Origin: Patescibacteria group bacterium
GTDB taxonomy: Bacteria > Patescibacteriota > Microgenomatia > UBA8517
DNA: 64,000 bases
Direction of reading: 5' to 3'
Assembly (NCBI GenBank): GCA_035291665.1
Contig: DATDRP010000001.1
Coordinates: forward strand, 2,569 to 66,568
Below the pieces are notes generated by a model that saw nothing but the letters and a program-made list of their open reading frames with translations, was not told the DNA's origin and made no database searches. The position numbers and the translations under genes were made by a program. Positions 1 through 8,483 of this stretch are shown here, in pieces (within the stretch, counting starts at the first letter, position 1; each line of letters opens with the position of its first letter).

Positions 1-19
1 GCCCGGACTTCAGATTCAA

Positions 20-556
20 TTGGCCAATTCTGCAGGCCTCCGGAGGCGTCTGGATAAAATTGAAGACTTACAGGTTGTGAACGCCGAGCACGGCGTAAGA
101 ATCGCTCAGGCGTTGTTTGCAGAGAGGTTTGCCGACAGAGTAAAAGTCGACGAAGGAATAAAATCAGTGAATGTTTGGGAGTTGGTTAAAATAGTTTCAA
201 AAGATAAAAAACTGGTTGAAGCGCCTGCGAAAATTGACACCGGAGCCTGGAGAACTTCAATTGACTATGATATGGCTGAAAGTCTGGGACTTATTTACCC
301 CGAAAATATCATTGCCAGTAAAAGTGTCCGGAGCACTCACGGGAGGTCGAAAAGAAAGTGGATCAACTTGTCTTTTTATCTTGCGGGAAGGAAGATAAAA
401 ACTACAGCGAGTCTTGCCAACCGAAAGCAGATGAGAGTGAAACTTATCATCGGACGAAGGGATATCGGAAGCTTTCTCGTAAAATTTAACGAATCGGAAG
501 TAGCCGGACACGATTGGTATAAATCATTATGGACAAAGACCAAGCACTCAAATTAA
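20..556 (+). CDS. retropepsin-like aspartyl protease of the ATP-grasp/RimK-associated 'putative ATP-dependent Zn protease' family; 5' end may lie outside the window (TTG at 20, frame open back to position 2)
   Basis: Motif PAKIDTGAWRTSIDYD carries the D-T-G-A active-site signature typical of the PF05618/COG4067-like family. The 3' end overlaps the downstream ATP-grasp gene by 28 nt, suggesting translational coupling. Confidence 0.55.
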   Translation: MANSAGLRRRLDKIEDLQVVNAEHGVRIAQALFAERFADRVKVDEGIKSVNVWELVKIVSKDKKLVEAPAKIDTGAWRTSIDYDMAESLGLIYPENIIASKSVRSTHGRSKRKWINLSFYLAGRKIKTTASLANRKQMRVKLIIGRRDIGSFLVKFNESEVAGHDWYKSLWTKTKHSN

Positions 557-2823
557 CCCGAGGCATAACCTCAGACATTATAGGCATTGCTCCAAATGCA
601 TTTTCGAGGGTGGTCGCATCTGAGTATTTCCCGAATTTTTCGATAATTTGCTTCAAAAATCGGGGTGAGACCGACTACATTGCCAAAGACATTGAAGTTT
701 TATGCATTGAAAAAGAATATCCCAGGGAAGGGATTGAAAAAACAAATGCACGGGAAATTCTACGCATCCCTCAGGTTCAGGATTATATTTCAAAAAAGAA
801 AGACCCCCGGCTGCTTTTATACAAACCAACAAAAGGGGTAGAGGCAATCGCTGATGAAAAAAATTGGAAATTGTTGGCTAACTCCTGGACGGTTAAGTAC
901 GAAATAGAAAATAAACTTGCTTTCAGGGAAGTTTTGAAAAAAGCAGGGATTGAAGCTATTACCGGCGAAACTGTTTTGTATGATCAGCTTGACGAAAATT
1001 TATTTGTTAAGATGCTGGACAGATACGGACCGAAGATAGTTTTTCAAATAGCGGAAATGACGGCCGGAGGCGGGACCGGAACTGCATTTTTGGAAAATTT
1101 AAGTGATTTTAGAAAATTCAAAGAGAAGTTCGATATGAAAAAAGACCAGTTTACGGCCATAGAAAATGTAAACGTAACCAAATTTAAGGAAGGAGTTCCA
1201 AGCAGTATAGCTGCTTGCGCCACCAAGCATGGAGTTCTTGTGGGCAGGATTCAATCACAAGTTCTTGATATCCCGGATGTGCGGATTCTTTCCGAAGGCT
1301 CAGGGCTTTTTTGCGGACACGATTTTTCATACGGAAGTTTTGGAAGCGATCTTCAGGAACAGGCAAAAACGATTGCGAAAAAGTTTGGTATGTATATTTA
1401 TAACACCATGGGCTACAAAGGAATTTTCGGTATCGATCTGATCACAAACCCTGAAGAGGGGAAAGTTTATCCGATAGAGTGCAACCCGCGCTTTACGGAT
1501 GCTTTCCCTGTTTTATCGGAAATGTACAGCAAAAACGGAATTGTCCCGATGGATGTTTTCCACATTTTGGAGCATTTGGGTGTTGAGTACGATCTTGATG
1601 TCTCAAAGATGAATGACTTATACGATAAAAGCGTAAATGTCGGATCGCAAATCCTTCTGGAGACAAAGACTGACGATTGGACAAAGGTTGAACGCGATAT
1701 GAAAGCAGGAGTATGGAATTTCGACGGATCCGAGATCAAATTTGTGAAGGAAGGATACCGTTTTGAACATCTTGAAAACCAAAATCAATTTTTGTTGACG
1801 GAAGGGGTTCCTTTCAAAGGAAGTATTTATAAACCCGGTGCAAGAATTTTACGGGTAGTTTTTGCGCGGTCGATTTTGGAGAAAGCAAAGGAACTTAAGG
1901 GGGATATCAAATTATTGATCGAAAATATCTATGAAAAGATTGATCTTCAAAAAACCGAACCGGCTGTCGTTATACAGGATTTTCTCGGTTTGAAGATGTG
2001 TAGCATTACTGATCCGCAATATTTATCTGAAGCGGGAAAGATGGGAGCTGATGTTGTGGATCTCATTGGTACAGACGAAAGATTCGGATATGTCCGTCCG
2101 AAAAAGGTCCGTTGGTGGGTGGTTTTTAGCGATAAAATAAAAGATCCTATTGATCTCATTAAATCAAAAAGACTAAGAAAACACCTGAATAATTGGCTAA
2201 ATAATCTTTCAAAGTATGACCTGCGATATGAGATAAAACAAAATATAACGCAGGAAGAATTTACTCAATGGTATGATAAGTTTTTAACAATTTTGTCTTC
2301 CAAAGAAAAGGCAAACATTCGGATTACGAAGAGTTGGCTGAAAGAGAAAAAAATTAAAGCTAAAAAAACGGGTGCAGTTTTCATTTATAAGGGGAATACT
2401 CTTTTGGGGGGGAACCTTTTTATTTATGGGGAAGAAAGTTTATTAGTCGGATTTGGTGCTGTAGAAAAAACCGATACACCCAAGTGGAGTTTGGGAGCAA
2501 TCGTAGATTTCATTTGTGTTAAGCACGCGATGGAAACGGGGATGAAAAAGGTGAGTTTTGGCATCGACACAAATTTATACGGACACCATCTGTCAACCGG
2601 ACTTTTGACTTATAAACTTAATTTCGGACTGACTCCAACCTACAAAGAAACGGCCGATTTAATTTCCACAAAATTTATGAATATGAACAAATTTGAAGAT
2701 TATATTTGCTTCTTGGGAATAAAGGATGGGAAGATTGTCTTTTATTTGATAAAAACTAATGATAAGTCCGAACCCGAAAAACCGATATTAAATACAAACC
2801 TTGAAGTAATAGAAATTGTATAA
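529..2823 (+). CDS. fusion protein: N-terminal ATP-grasp amidoligase (~500 aa) plus C-terminal FemAB/GNAT-fold peptide-ligase-like domain (~260 aa)
   Basis: ATP-grasp hallmarks: GPKIVFQIAEMTAGGGTGTAF, and IFGIDLITNPEEGKVYPIECNPRF (the E-x-N-P-R tail of the ATP-grasp fold). The C-terminal part (KTGAVFIYKGNTLLGGNLFIYGEES..GAIVDFICVKHAMETGMKKVSFGIDTN) follows the FemX/FemAB pattern (..YYGAS..W.AI.WAKE.G.K.YDFGG). Confidence 0.55.
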   Translation: MDKDQALKLTRGITSDIIGIAPNAFSRVVASEYFPNFSIICFKNRGETDYIAKDIEVLCIEKEYPREGIEKTNAREILRIPQVQDYISKKKDPRLLLYKPTKGVEAIADEKNWKLLANSWTVKYEIENKLAFREVLKKAGIEAITGETVLYDQLDENLFVKMLDRYGPKIVFQIAEMTAGGGTGTAFLENLSDFRKFKEKFDMKKDQFTAIENVNVTKFKEGVPSSIAACATKHGVLVGRIQSQVLDIPDVRILSEGSGLFCGHDFSYGSFGSDLQEQAKTIAKKFGMYIYNTMGYKGIFGIDLITNPEEGKVYPIECNPRFTDAFPVLSEMYSKNGIVPMDVFHILEHLGVEYDLDVSKMNDLYDKSVNVGSQILLETKTDDWTKVERDMKAGVWNFDGSEIKFVKEGYRFEHLENQNQFLLTEGVPFKGSIYKPGARILRVVFARSILEKAKELKGDIKLLIENIYEKIDLQKTEPAVVIQDFLGLKMCSITDPQYLSEAGKMGADVVDLIGTDERFGYVRPKKVRWWVVFSDKIKDPIDLIKSKRLRKHLNNWLNNLSKYDLRYEIKQNITQEEFTQWYDKFLTILSSKEKANIRITKSWLKEKKIKAKKTGAVFIYKGNTLLGGNLFIYGEESLLVGFGAVEKTDTPKWSLGAIVDFICVKHAMETGMKKVSFGIDTNLYGHHLSTGLLTYKLNFGLTPTYKETADLISTKFMNMNKFEDYICFLGIKDGKIVFYLIKTNDKSEPEKPILNTNLEVIEIV

Positions 2824-2832
2824 TTTATAACA

Positions 2833-3915
2833 ATGGAAGATGTTTCACCCGAGAGATGGTTAAAAATAAGAAGAGCTGCCGACACGTCTAAAAGATTAGG
2901 GATTAATGATAGAGCGGTACGAAGAGAAGCGGTAATTGATGCAAATTCAGCCAGAAGAAAAGGAATCCTTTCGGATTTGGATGATGATGCTATAGCCCAA
3001 ATTGGTTCAGTTGCTGAAGAAAATATTCGCGACGAACCGAAAGATGTTAGGGAAAGGGCATATAATAAGTATCTTGAGATTACAGTAGGTGAAAGTAATT
3101 TACCCGTGATGGTTGATGCACCCCATTCAATTAAACCTAACAAATCACTTGTCAATGTATTGTTGGAAGAATCCGGTACGGATTCTTCAGATGTCCAGGT
3201 AATTGCTGATAAAATTGCATCAGATAATATCGAAAGTTACACCGGGACTATTGCAATAAAAATTGCAGAAAAACTCCAGATCTCAACCCTGCTTCCGAAA
3301 AAATCAAGAGTCCATGCCGATATAAACCGCCACTGGTTTAACCGCGATGAAAAAAAGTATCCCTCGGGGGAGGGTGACATTACGACGAAAAATTTCGAAT
3401 ACCCCAGAAGCGCAAAAGCGGCTCTTTACTGGGGAATAGATAAGATTTTATCGATGAAAAGATTGCTTGACGATAAGGGAAAATTAAGAAATCCATATTG
3501 CAGATTGTCGATTCACGGTATGAAGGATAATGGGGAGTTTGATTTTGCTGTTGCCGGAGCTGGAAATGCCGCTGATGGAGGTTTAGTTTCTTGGTTTAAT
3601 GATAGATTAAACCAAGAAATTCAAGAAATTGGACTGAATATTGATGGGGAAAATCCAAAATCTGTAATAGCCGAAAGAGGTGATCCAAAAACCGCACTTT
3701 ATTCAGGTGTTGGTAGTTTGTCCAACTTCCGAAAAGATATAAAAGGATCTCAGCATCCTTCATTCGGGGAAAATTTTAATACAATCCAGTTGGAGATTAG
3801 TAAAAGATTAAGAGTTAATAAAGAATATCGGGAAAAAGTCATAAATATTTTGTCGGAAGTATTGAAGGAGACTCCAACTTATTTTACTTCACATAACGCT
3901 CACCCTGAGAATTAA
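2833..3915 (+). CDS. hypothetical protein; possible zinc amidohydrolase of the carboxypeptidase / N-formylglutamate-amidohydrolase-like fold (weak)
   Basis: Begins 10 bp after the ligase gene on the same strand. Motifs RVHADINRHW and CRLSIHGMKDNGEFD loosely resemble the His/Glu and SIH zinc-ligand motifs of M14-like hydrolases. No signal peptide. Confidence 0.35.
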   Translation: MEDVSPERWLKIRRAADTSKRLGINDRAVRREAVIDANSARRKGILSDLDDDAIAQIGSVAEENIRDEPKDVRERAYNKYLEITVGESNLPVMVDAPHSIKPNKSLVNVLLEESGTDSSDVQVIADKIASDNIESYTGTIAIKIAEKLQISTLLPKKSRVHADINRHWFNRDEKKYPSGEGDITTKNFEYPRSAKAALYWGIDKILSMKRLLDDKGKLRNPYCRLSIHGMKDNGEFDFAVAGAGNAADGGLVSWFNDRLNQEIQEIGLNIDGENPKSVIAERGDPKTALYSGVGSLSNFRKDIKGSQHPSFGENFNTIQLEISKRLRVNKEYREKVINILSEVLKETPTYFTSHNAHPEN

Positions 3916-3994
3916 ATCCTTAATATATTAGAGTAGTTTCGTCTTACGATTCATGTTTGAGAATTCTTCATATGATACAAGAATATACTATGTC

Positions 3995-4026
3995 ATGTAT
4001 CATATAATGATATATGATACATGAAA
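3995..4026. repeat. 32-bp hyphenated palindrome, copy P1 (tcatgtatcatata-atga-tatatgatacatga)
   Basis: Perfect 14-bp inverted arms with a 4-bp spacer. Lies in the convergent intergenic region between the 360-aa gene and rplL. Four more copies occur in this window. Confidence 0.8.
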
Positions 4027-4074
4027 GACAAATGGCGAATGTAATTCAAATGCAACCGACCCTGTTTTCGTCTC

Positions 4075-4108
4075 CATCAAAAACCCACTCTTTATATTGA
4101 GTGGGTTT
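4075..4108 (-). terminator. rho-independent terminator downstream of rplL
   Basis: 8-bp stem acccactc/gagtgggt with an 8-nt loop. On the minus strand it is followed by a T-rich tract (tttttgatg), 30 nt past the rplL stop. Confidence 0.55.
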
Positions 4109-4135
4109 AAACTTTCTTGAGAAATCGTAATAATA

Positions 4136-4582
4136 TTACTTCATCTCAACCGTAGCTCCCGCCGCTTTCAGTTTGTCTGCAGCTGCTTTGACGTCTTCGA
4201 CCTTACCGTCTTTTATGATTTCGGCCGGAAGAGTTTCAGTCATATCCTTGGCTTCCTTCAGACCCCAATTCTGATTGATCTCCCGGAGAGCTTTGATAAC
4301 TGCAATTTTATTATCACCGGAACCTGTCATGGTGAGACTTTGTGCACCGCCACCGGATTCTTCACCGGCTGCTGGAGCATCTCCGCCTGCAGGTGCTGCA
4401 GCCGCACTTGCTGCAACCGCAACTGGTGCTGCTGTTACGCCGAGCTTATCCTGCAATGCGTTAACGAGCTCTGATAACTCAACTACTGTGAGTTTTGAGA
4501 TTTCGTCAACCAATTTCTCGACGCCCTTTGATAATTCCTTTTTTGTTTCTTTTTTTTCTTCTTTCTTAGTATCGTCTGCCAT
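4136..4582 (-). CDS. rplL: 50S ribosomal protein L7/L12 with a Lys/Glu-rich N-terminal extension
   Basis: Ala-rich hinge plus C-terminal domain (..SGDNKIAVIKALREI..LKEAKDMTE..VKAAADKLKAAGATVEMK). Lies downstream of rplJ. Confidence 0.9.
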   Translation of the reverse strand: MADDTKKEEKKETKKELSKGVEKLVDEISKLTVVELSELVNALQDKLGVTAAPVAVAASAAAAPAGGDAPAAGEESGGGAQSLTMTGSGDNKIAVIKALREINQNWGLKEAKDMTETLPAEIIKDGKVEDVKAAADKLKAAGATVEMK

Positions 4583-4646
4583 ATTTGCTCACCTCCATTC
4601 GCAAAAGTATCACAAGTAACAAAAGTATCAAAGGTATCACGGGGAT

Positions 4647-5186
4647 TCAACTCGTGGTACTCGTATTACTCGAGATGCTTTTTGTTTTTAATATGAATAC
4701 TAATTTCTGTAAATTTCCCTGCAATGTTCCCAGAAGCCCGTAAACCGGTGCTTGTATTGCCCCAAGGACGGCAGCCTGTAAGGCTGACTTTCCCGGAAGT
4801 TTTGACAGCGTCAGGAGTGCATTTTTATCCTGGAACAATCCTTCTATGACGCCAACTTTCAGGCTCGGGATTTCAAATTCTTTTGCGAATTTGTCAAGAA
4901 CCTGGAGTGCGGCAATCGGATCCCCTTCAGTGACAACTAATGCAGTTGGACCCTCCAAAACCGTATCAGTGGATATTTCTTTCGGACTTTCAGCTTTATC
5001 TGCAGCCAATTTAAATAAGGTGTTTTTGGAAACAGTCATCGTAGCACCAACTCCGCGTAAACGTTTTTTGAGTTCCTGTTGCTGTTTTACTGCAAGACCT
5101 GTGTAGTCAATAAGGACAACCCCTGTTGCACTTTTTATCGTAGCTGACAGGTTGTCAACGAAATATACTTTCTCTGCTTTTTTCAT
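4647..5186 (-). CDS. rplJ: 50S ribosomal protein L10
   Basis: Sits immediately upstream of rplL on the same strand. The N-terminus (KKAEKVYFVDNLSATIKSATGVVLIDYTGLAV..ELKKRLR) is typical of L10. Confidence 0.85.
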   Translation of the reverse strand: MKKAEKVYFVDNLSATIKSATGVVLIDYTGLAVKQQQELKKRLRGVGATMTVSKNTLFKLAADKAESPKEISTDTVLEGPTALVVTEGDPIAALQVLDKFAKEFEIPSLKVGVIEGLFQDKNALLTLSKLPGKSALQAAVLGAIQAPVYGLLGTLQGNLQKLVFILKTKSISSNTSTTS

Positions 5187-5470
5187 GATTTAAAGTTGAA
5201 GAGCTGGAGAGTGGAAGAGTGGAAGATTTTTCTCAAGCTCTTCTACTCTTATACTCTTTTACTCTATAAACCAAAAAACGCGCCCGAAGCGCGCTATAAA
5301 AACTTAACTATAAAAAGTTAGCTTTGATTCGCCTCGGTGTGGATTATAGATAAGAGTGAAAGAGTAGAAGAGTGTAAGTTTTTCAACTTATACTCTCAAG
5401 CTCTCTTTGCTCTTACACTCTTAAAAAACACACTGTCTTCGGACAAAATGTATTATAATATACCACTTAT
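5187..5470 (-). promoter_or_regulatory. structured 5' leader upstream of rplJ (candidate L10-leader autoregulatory RNA)
   Basis: 280-bp non-coding region upstream of rplJ. It holds extensive nested complementarity (gaagagctggagagtggaagagtggaag / cttctactcttatactcttttactc / agagtgaaagagtagaagagtgtaag / cttacactctt) and a GC hairpin cgcgcccgaagcgcgc (5283-5298). Confidence 0.35.
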
Positions 5471-5487
5471 TAAAATCAAGGAGGAAT

Positions 5488-5928
5488 ATGGAAAGAAGTA
5501 AATATCAGGATTTACCGATAGATAAAGCTTTTGAAAGGTTAGTTGAAGGTAGTTTTTATTATATTACGGTTATTTATAAACAAAATGGTGCCTATGGGGG
5601 AAAAGTATTATTTCCTGATGATCTCAAAACGGCTGATCACAAAAATTCCAATTTACCCGATAATAGCGTTGCCGAATCCGTTTTTCTAACCTATGTTTCG
5701 GCAAGCTGCGAAGCCGGATTGGAGCTGGCAGAGGAGTTCAGGCGAAATTGGCCTCCGGATGGGGAAGGAAAATTCACTCAAAGAGTAAAAATATTAAATG
5801 AAAAGTTATGCAAACTTGAAGGTATGGGCAACTCTGAACCTACGATTATCCAAATACGCCTGCCAGAGAATAATAAGAGTATCAATGCAAATGATCTATT
5901 AAATAAGATGTTGGGTGAAGTGAAATAA
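5488..5928 (+). CDS. hypothetical protein
   Basis: 146-aa ORF preceded by a strong RBS aaggagga 4 nt upstream of the ATG. Confidence 0.5.
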   Translation: MERSKYQDLPIDKAFERLVEGSFYYITVIYKQNGAYGGKVLFPDDLKTADHKNSNLPDNSVAESVFLTYVSASCEAGLELAEEFRRNWPPDGEGKFTQRVKILNEKLCKLEGMGNSEPTIIQIRLPENNKSINANDLLNKMLGEVK

Positions 5929-5953
5929 AGTTTAAGTGTAAATATTAATTGCT

Positions 5954-6487
5954 TTACAATCTTTTTCCAGATTTTACAGGTAAATTCCACATAGCTGCAT
6001 TTTCAGAGACACTTCTTCCTCCTAAATCTGTTTTTGGTCGTTGCTTTACGATAACAGGTACTGCCTCAGGTTTTCTGGGGTTTGTTGCTAAATCGGTTAA
6101 TTTTTGAAGCGTTTCGTCTGTGATAGGTAATTCTTCGATTGGGAAATTTTGGTCTGGTCCTTGCCCGTCTGAAAGATATCTCGCTTTTTGTTCATCATTC
6201 AGTTCAGTTGCAACAATTGACCCTTCAGGTGCATCGCCTTGTTTTTCGGATCCATAGACGTAAAATGTTTCGACCGGTGGATGTTTACCGTCAATTTTTA
6301 GTGAGTAAACGACCTTTTCCGAAAGAGGATTCTTAAGAATTAAAGGAATTTCAACTCCCTGTAATCTTCTGGTAAGTGGAATAAGTTCACCGTTTTCGGA
6401 ATGCATAAGTTTGAACTCATCAACCTGTGAATTTTCAGGTTTTACTACGATTTCCTGTTCTGTTAATTCCGCAACTGAATCTGCCAT
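5954..6487 (-). CDS. hypothetical protein (last gene of a three-gene minus-strand operon)
   Basis: 177-aa ORF; its start lies 10 bp downstream of the upstream gene stop. Confidence 0.45.
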   Translation of the reverse strand: MADSVAELTEQEIVVKPENSQVDEFKLMHSENGELIPLTRRLQGVEIPLILKNPLSEKVVYSLKIDGKHPPVETFYVYGSEKQGDAPEGSIVATELNDEQKARYLSDGQGPDQNFPIEELPITDETLQKLTDLATNPRKPEAVPVIVKQRPKTDLGGRSVSENAAMWNLPVKSGKRL

Positions 6488-6496
6488 ATTTACGAA

Positions 6497-6805
6497 TTAT
6501 AAACTTTCCAGATATTCCTTGAAATATTTTTCGATTAAAACACCAACAGTATTATCAGAATTAACTAATTTCAGTTGATATAGGACACTTAATAGTTTTT
6601 CGTCAATTTCAGAATTTTTCTCAAATTTTAAGTCTTTCACTAATTTTTCGGAATCTTCAGACAGATTACCTTTGGCCTCAGAAAGAGTAGCTACAATTGC
6701 GAAATATTGAGCCATTCCTAATACATCATTAATTTCTTCCCGATTTACACCTTTTGCTAACTGCTTCGAAGTAAAATTTTCTATAATTGGTTTCAGGTTG
6801 TCCAT
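6497..6805 (-). CDS. hypothetical protein
   Basis: 102-aa acidic ORF, tightly packed between neighbours (3-bp and 10-bp gaps). Confidence 0.45.
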   Translation of the reverse strand: MDNLKPIIENFTSKQLAKGVNREEINDVLGMAQYFAIVATLSEAKGNLSEDSEKLVKDLKFEKNSEIDEKLLSVLYQLKLVNSDNTVGVLIEKYFKEYLESL

Positions 6806-6807
6806 GT

Positions 6808-7320
6808 TTATTTAGTATATTGTTCTAACATTTTACCTGGAATTGTACCAAGTGCTTCTCCAACCACTCCACCCACAACGAAGCCGCCAACTATCCCTTT
6901 CTTCCCATAAACTAATCCGCCAAGAGCACTTAATCCCAATCCTCCGATAAGCGCCCACGGGTGTTCAGACGCAAATTTTTGCAATCCCTGGTCGGATATG
7001 TCGGCTGTATTAATACCAAGAACTCTTGCTCCGTCTGTTCCCGTTATCCCAACCAACATGGGGTCAAGATTTGATGAAGCTAAAACTCCTATCTCAGCTG
7101 TTAATCTAGCGTGAGCAGCCTGACCGAGTCTTGTGAAAAAATCACCTTCCCCTTCGTTTGCCAAATCAAGAGTTTTTTGAATCTCAGTTTTAATTGAGCC
7201 GGTAAGTCCATCAAGCTTACCAATTTTTTCTATAAAAACCTCTTTGGCTCTTGTTCGTAGGTCTCCGGGGGTTTCAACGGTAGTTGTATTTTCAATTAAA
7301 TCCGTATTCACCTCATCCAT
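6808..7320 (-). CDS. hypothetical protein with C-terminal glycine-zipper membrane segment
   Basis: 170-aa ORF. The C-terminus LIGGLGLSALGGLVYGKKGIVGGFVVGGVVGEALG is a Gly-zipper/TM-like segment. Confidence 0.45.
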   Translation of the reverse strand: MDEVNTDLIENTTTVETPGDLRTRAKEVFIEKIGKLDGLTGSIKTEIQKTLDLANEGEGDFFTRLGQAAHARLTAEIGVLASSNLDPMLVGITGTDGARVLGINTADISDQGLQKFASEHPWALIGGLGLSALGGLVYGKKGIVGGFVVGGVVGEALGTIPGKMLEQYTK

Positions 7321-7386
7321 GACAAGATTTTATACATTAAATAGCTTGTTGTAAACCAACATATTCAAATTAATATTTATACGCAT

Positions 7387-7503
7387 TTCAAGAATACCCC
7401 GATTTAATCGGGGATGAATTGAATTAAGAATATAACCTCGTTTAGACGGATCCGAAAGGATACCCCGCCTGAAAGCGACAGCGAGAGGGCGGGGAGGTTT
7501 CAT
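7387..7503. repeat. intergenic double-hairpin repeat, family A (divergent copy)
   Basis: ttcaagaatacc - hairpin ccccgatttaatcgggg - atgaattgaatt .. hairpin ccccgcc..ggcgggg - aggtttcat. Same architecture as the copies at 18088, 21281, 48847 and 61829. Confidence 0.5.
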
Positions 7504-7516
7504 ATATAATAGTTCT

Positions 7517-8437
7517 ATGGAAATAAGTTTGGGGGCATCAAATTTGGAAGGTGTAAAAAATAAAGAAACAGAAACCCTGAAAAATCTTGAGTCGATGGTT
7601 AAGCTGTGGCATGAGAATGCTGATCAGATGTGGGGGAAAGAATCCTTTCATAATTGGCAGCATATAGTTGCTGTGAGGTATGCAAAAGATGAATATCTGA
7701 AAAGTTATCATGAAAAAGGACTGGATCCGCTTCGAGTTTTCGGTGATGAAGGCGAGCTTACCCGATGGAACCAGAGTAAAACCGATGAGGAAAAAATATC
7801 GCCCGAAGAATTTGAGTACGGGTTGGATGCTTCTATCTTACTCCACGACGTAGGTAATGTTCTCACCAGGATAGATGTTAATGAAGAAGGGGAACTAGTT
7901 CCAACATATCATTATCAGGAAAATACAAATCATGCAAATATTGCATCAGATAAGGTTTATATCGCGGCGGGGGCTGAAGACAGAACAAAGGAGATGATTG
8001 AACCGATTTTTACGAAACTGGGAATAGACAAGAAACTGATTCCGATGGCACAGGATTTTGTTGAGAATACCAAATATCAGTTTACCGAGGGCGGGAAAGA
8101 TACACCGTTTGCTGTTTTTATGAGAGTTGTGGATCAGTTAGGCGTAAATTATTTTTCGGAAGATGACAAACGAGTGCTTGGCTTGGCAAATGAAAATAAC
8201 ATCGAATTTCCAGAAAGGAAGTACAACCCGGATTTTGTTGTAAATTTTACGTTAAGAAGGTGTAGAGAATTGGTTCCCAACGATACAGTTCGGGATACAT
8301 TAGTTAATGGTTCCTGGGGGAAACAATACCCAAAAGAATTCCCCGGTCTTGGAACCGGTCCGATTTCGGGAGTTGAAATACGAGACATATTAGTATCAAT
8401 TAATCATCAAAAATCATCCGATGAAAGTAATTTGTAG
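7517..8437 (+). CDS. HD-domain phosphohydrolase-like protein
   Basis: Carries H..H (WQHIVAV) and the HD motif (ILLHDVGN) characteristic of the HD superfamily. Confidence 0.45.
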   Translation: MEISLGASNLEGVKNKETETLKNLESMVKLWHENADQMWGKESFHNWQHIVAVRYAKDEYLKSYHEKGLDPLRVFGDEGELTRWNQSKTDEEKISPEEFEYGLDASILLHDVGNVLTRIDVNEEGELVPTYHYQENTNHANIASDKVYIAAGAEDRTKEMIEPIFTKLGIDKKLIPMAQDFVENTKYQFTEGGKDTPFAVFMRVVDQLGVNYFSEDDKRVLGLANENNIEFPERKYNPDFVVNFTLRRCRELVPNDTVRDTLVNGSWGKQYPKEFPGLGTGPISGVEIRDILVSINHQKSSDESNL

Positions 8438-8483
8438 ATGTTGATTTAGGTCCGGATTCAAGTTAAGATTATATTTGTAAAAA

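Noticed and set aside
4275-4619. 114-aa plus-strand ORF inside rplL
   Set aside because: Antisense to a confidently identified ribosomal protein gene. Its low-complexity Ala/Ser/Pro composition mirrors the L12 hinge.
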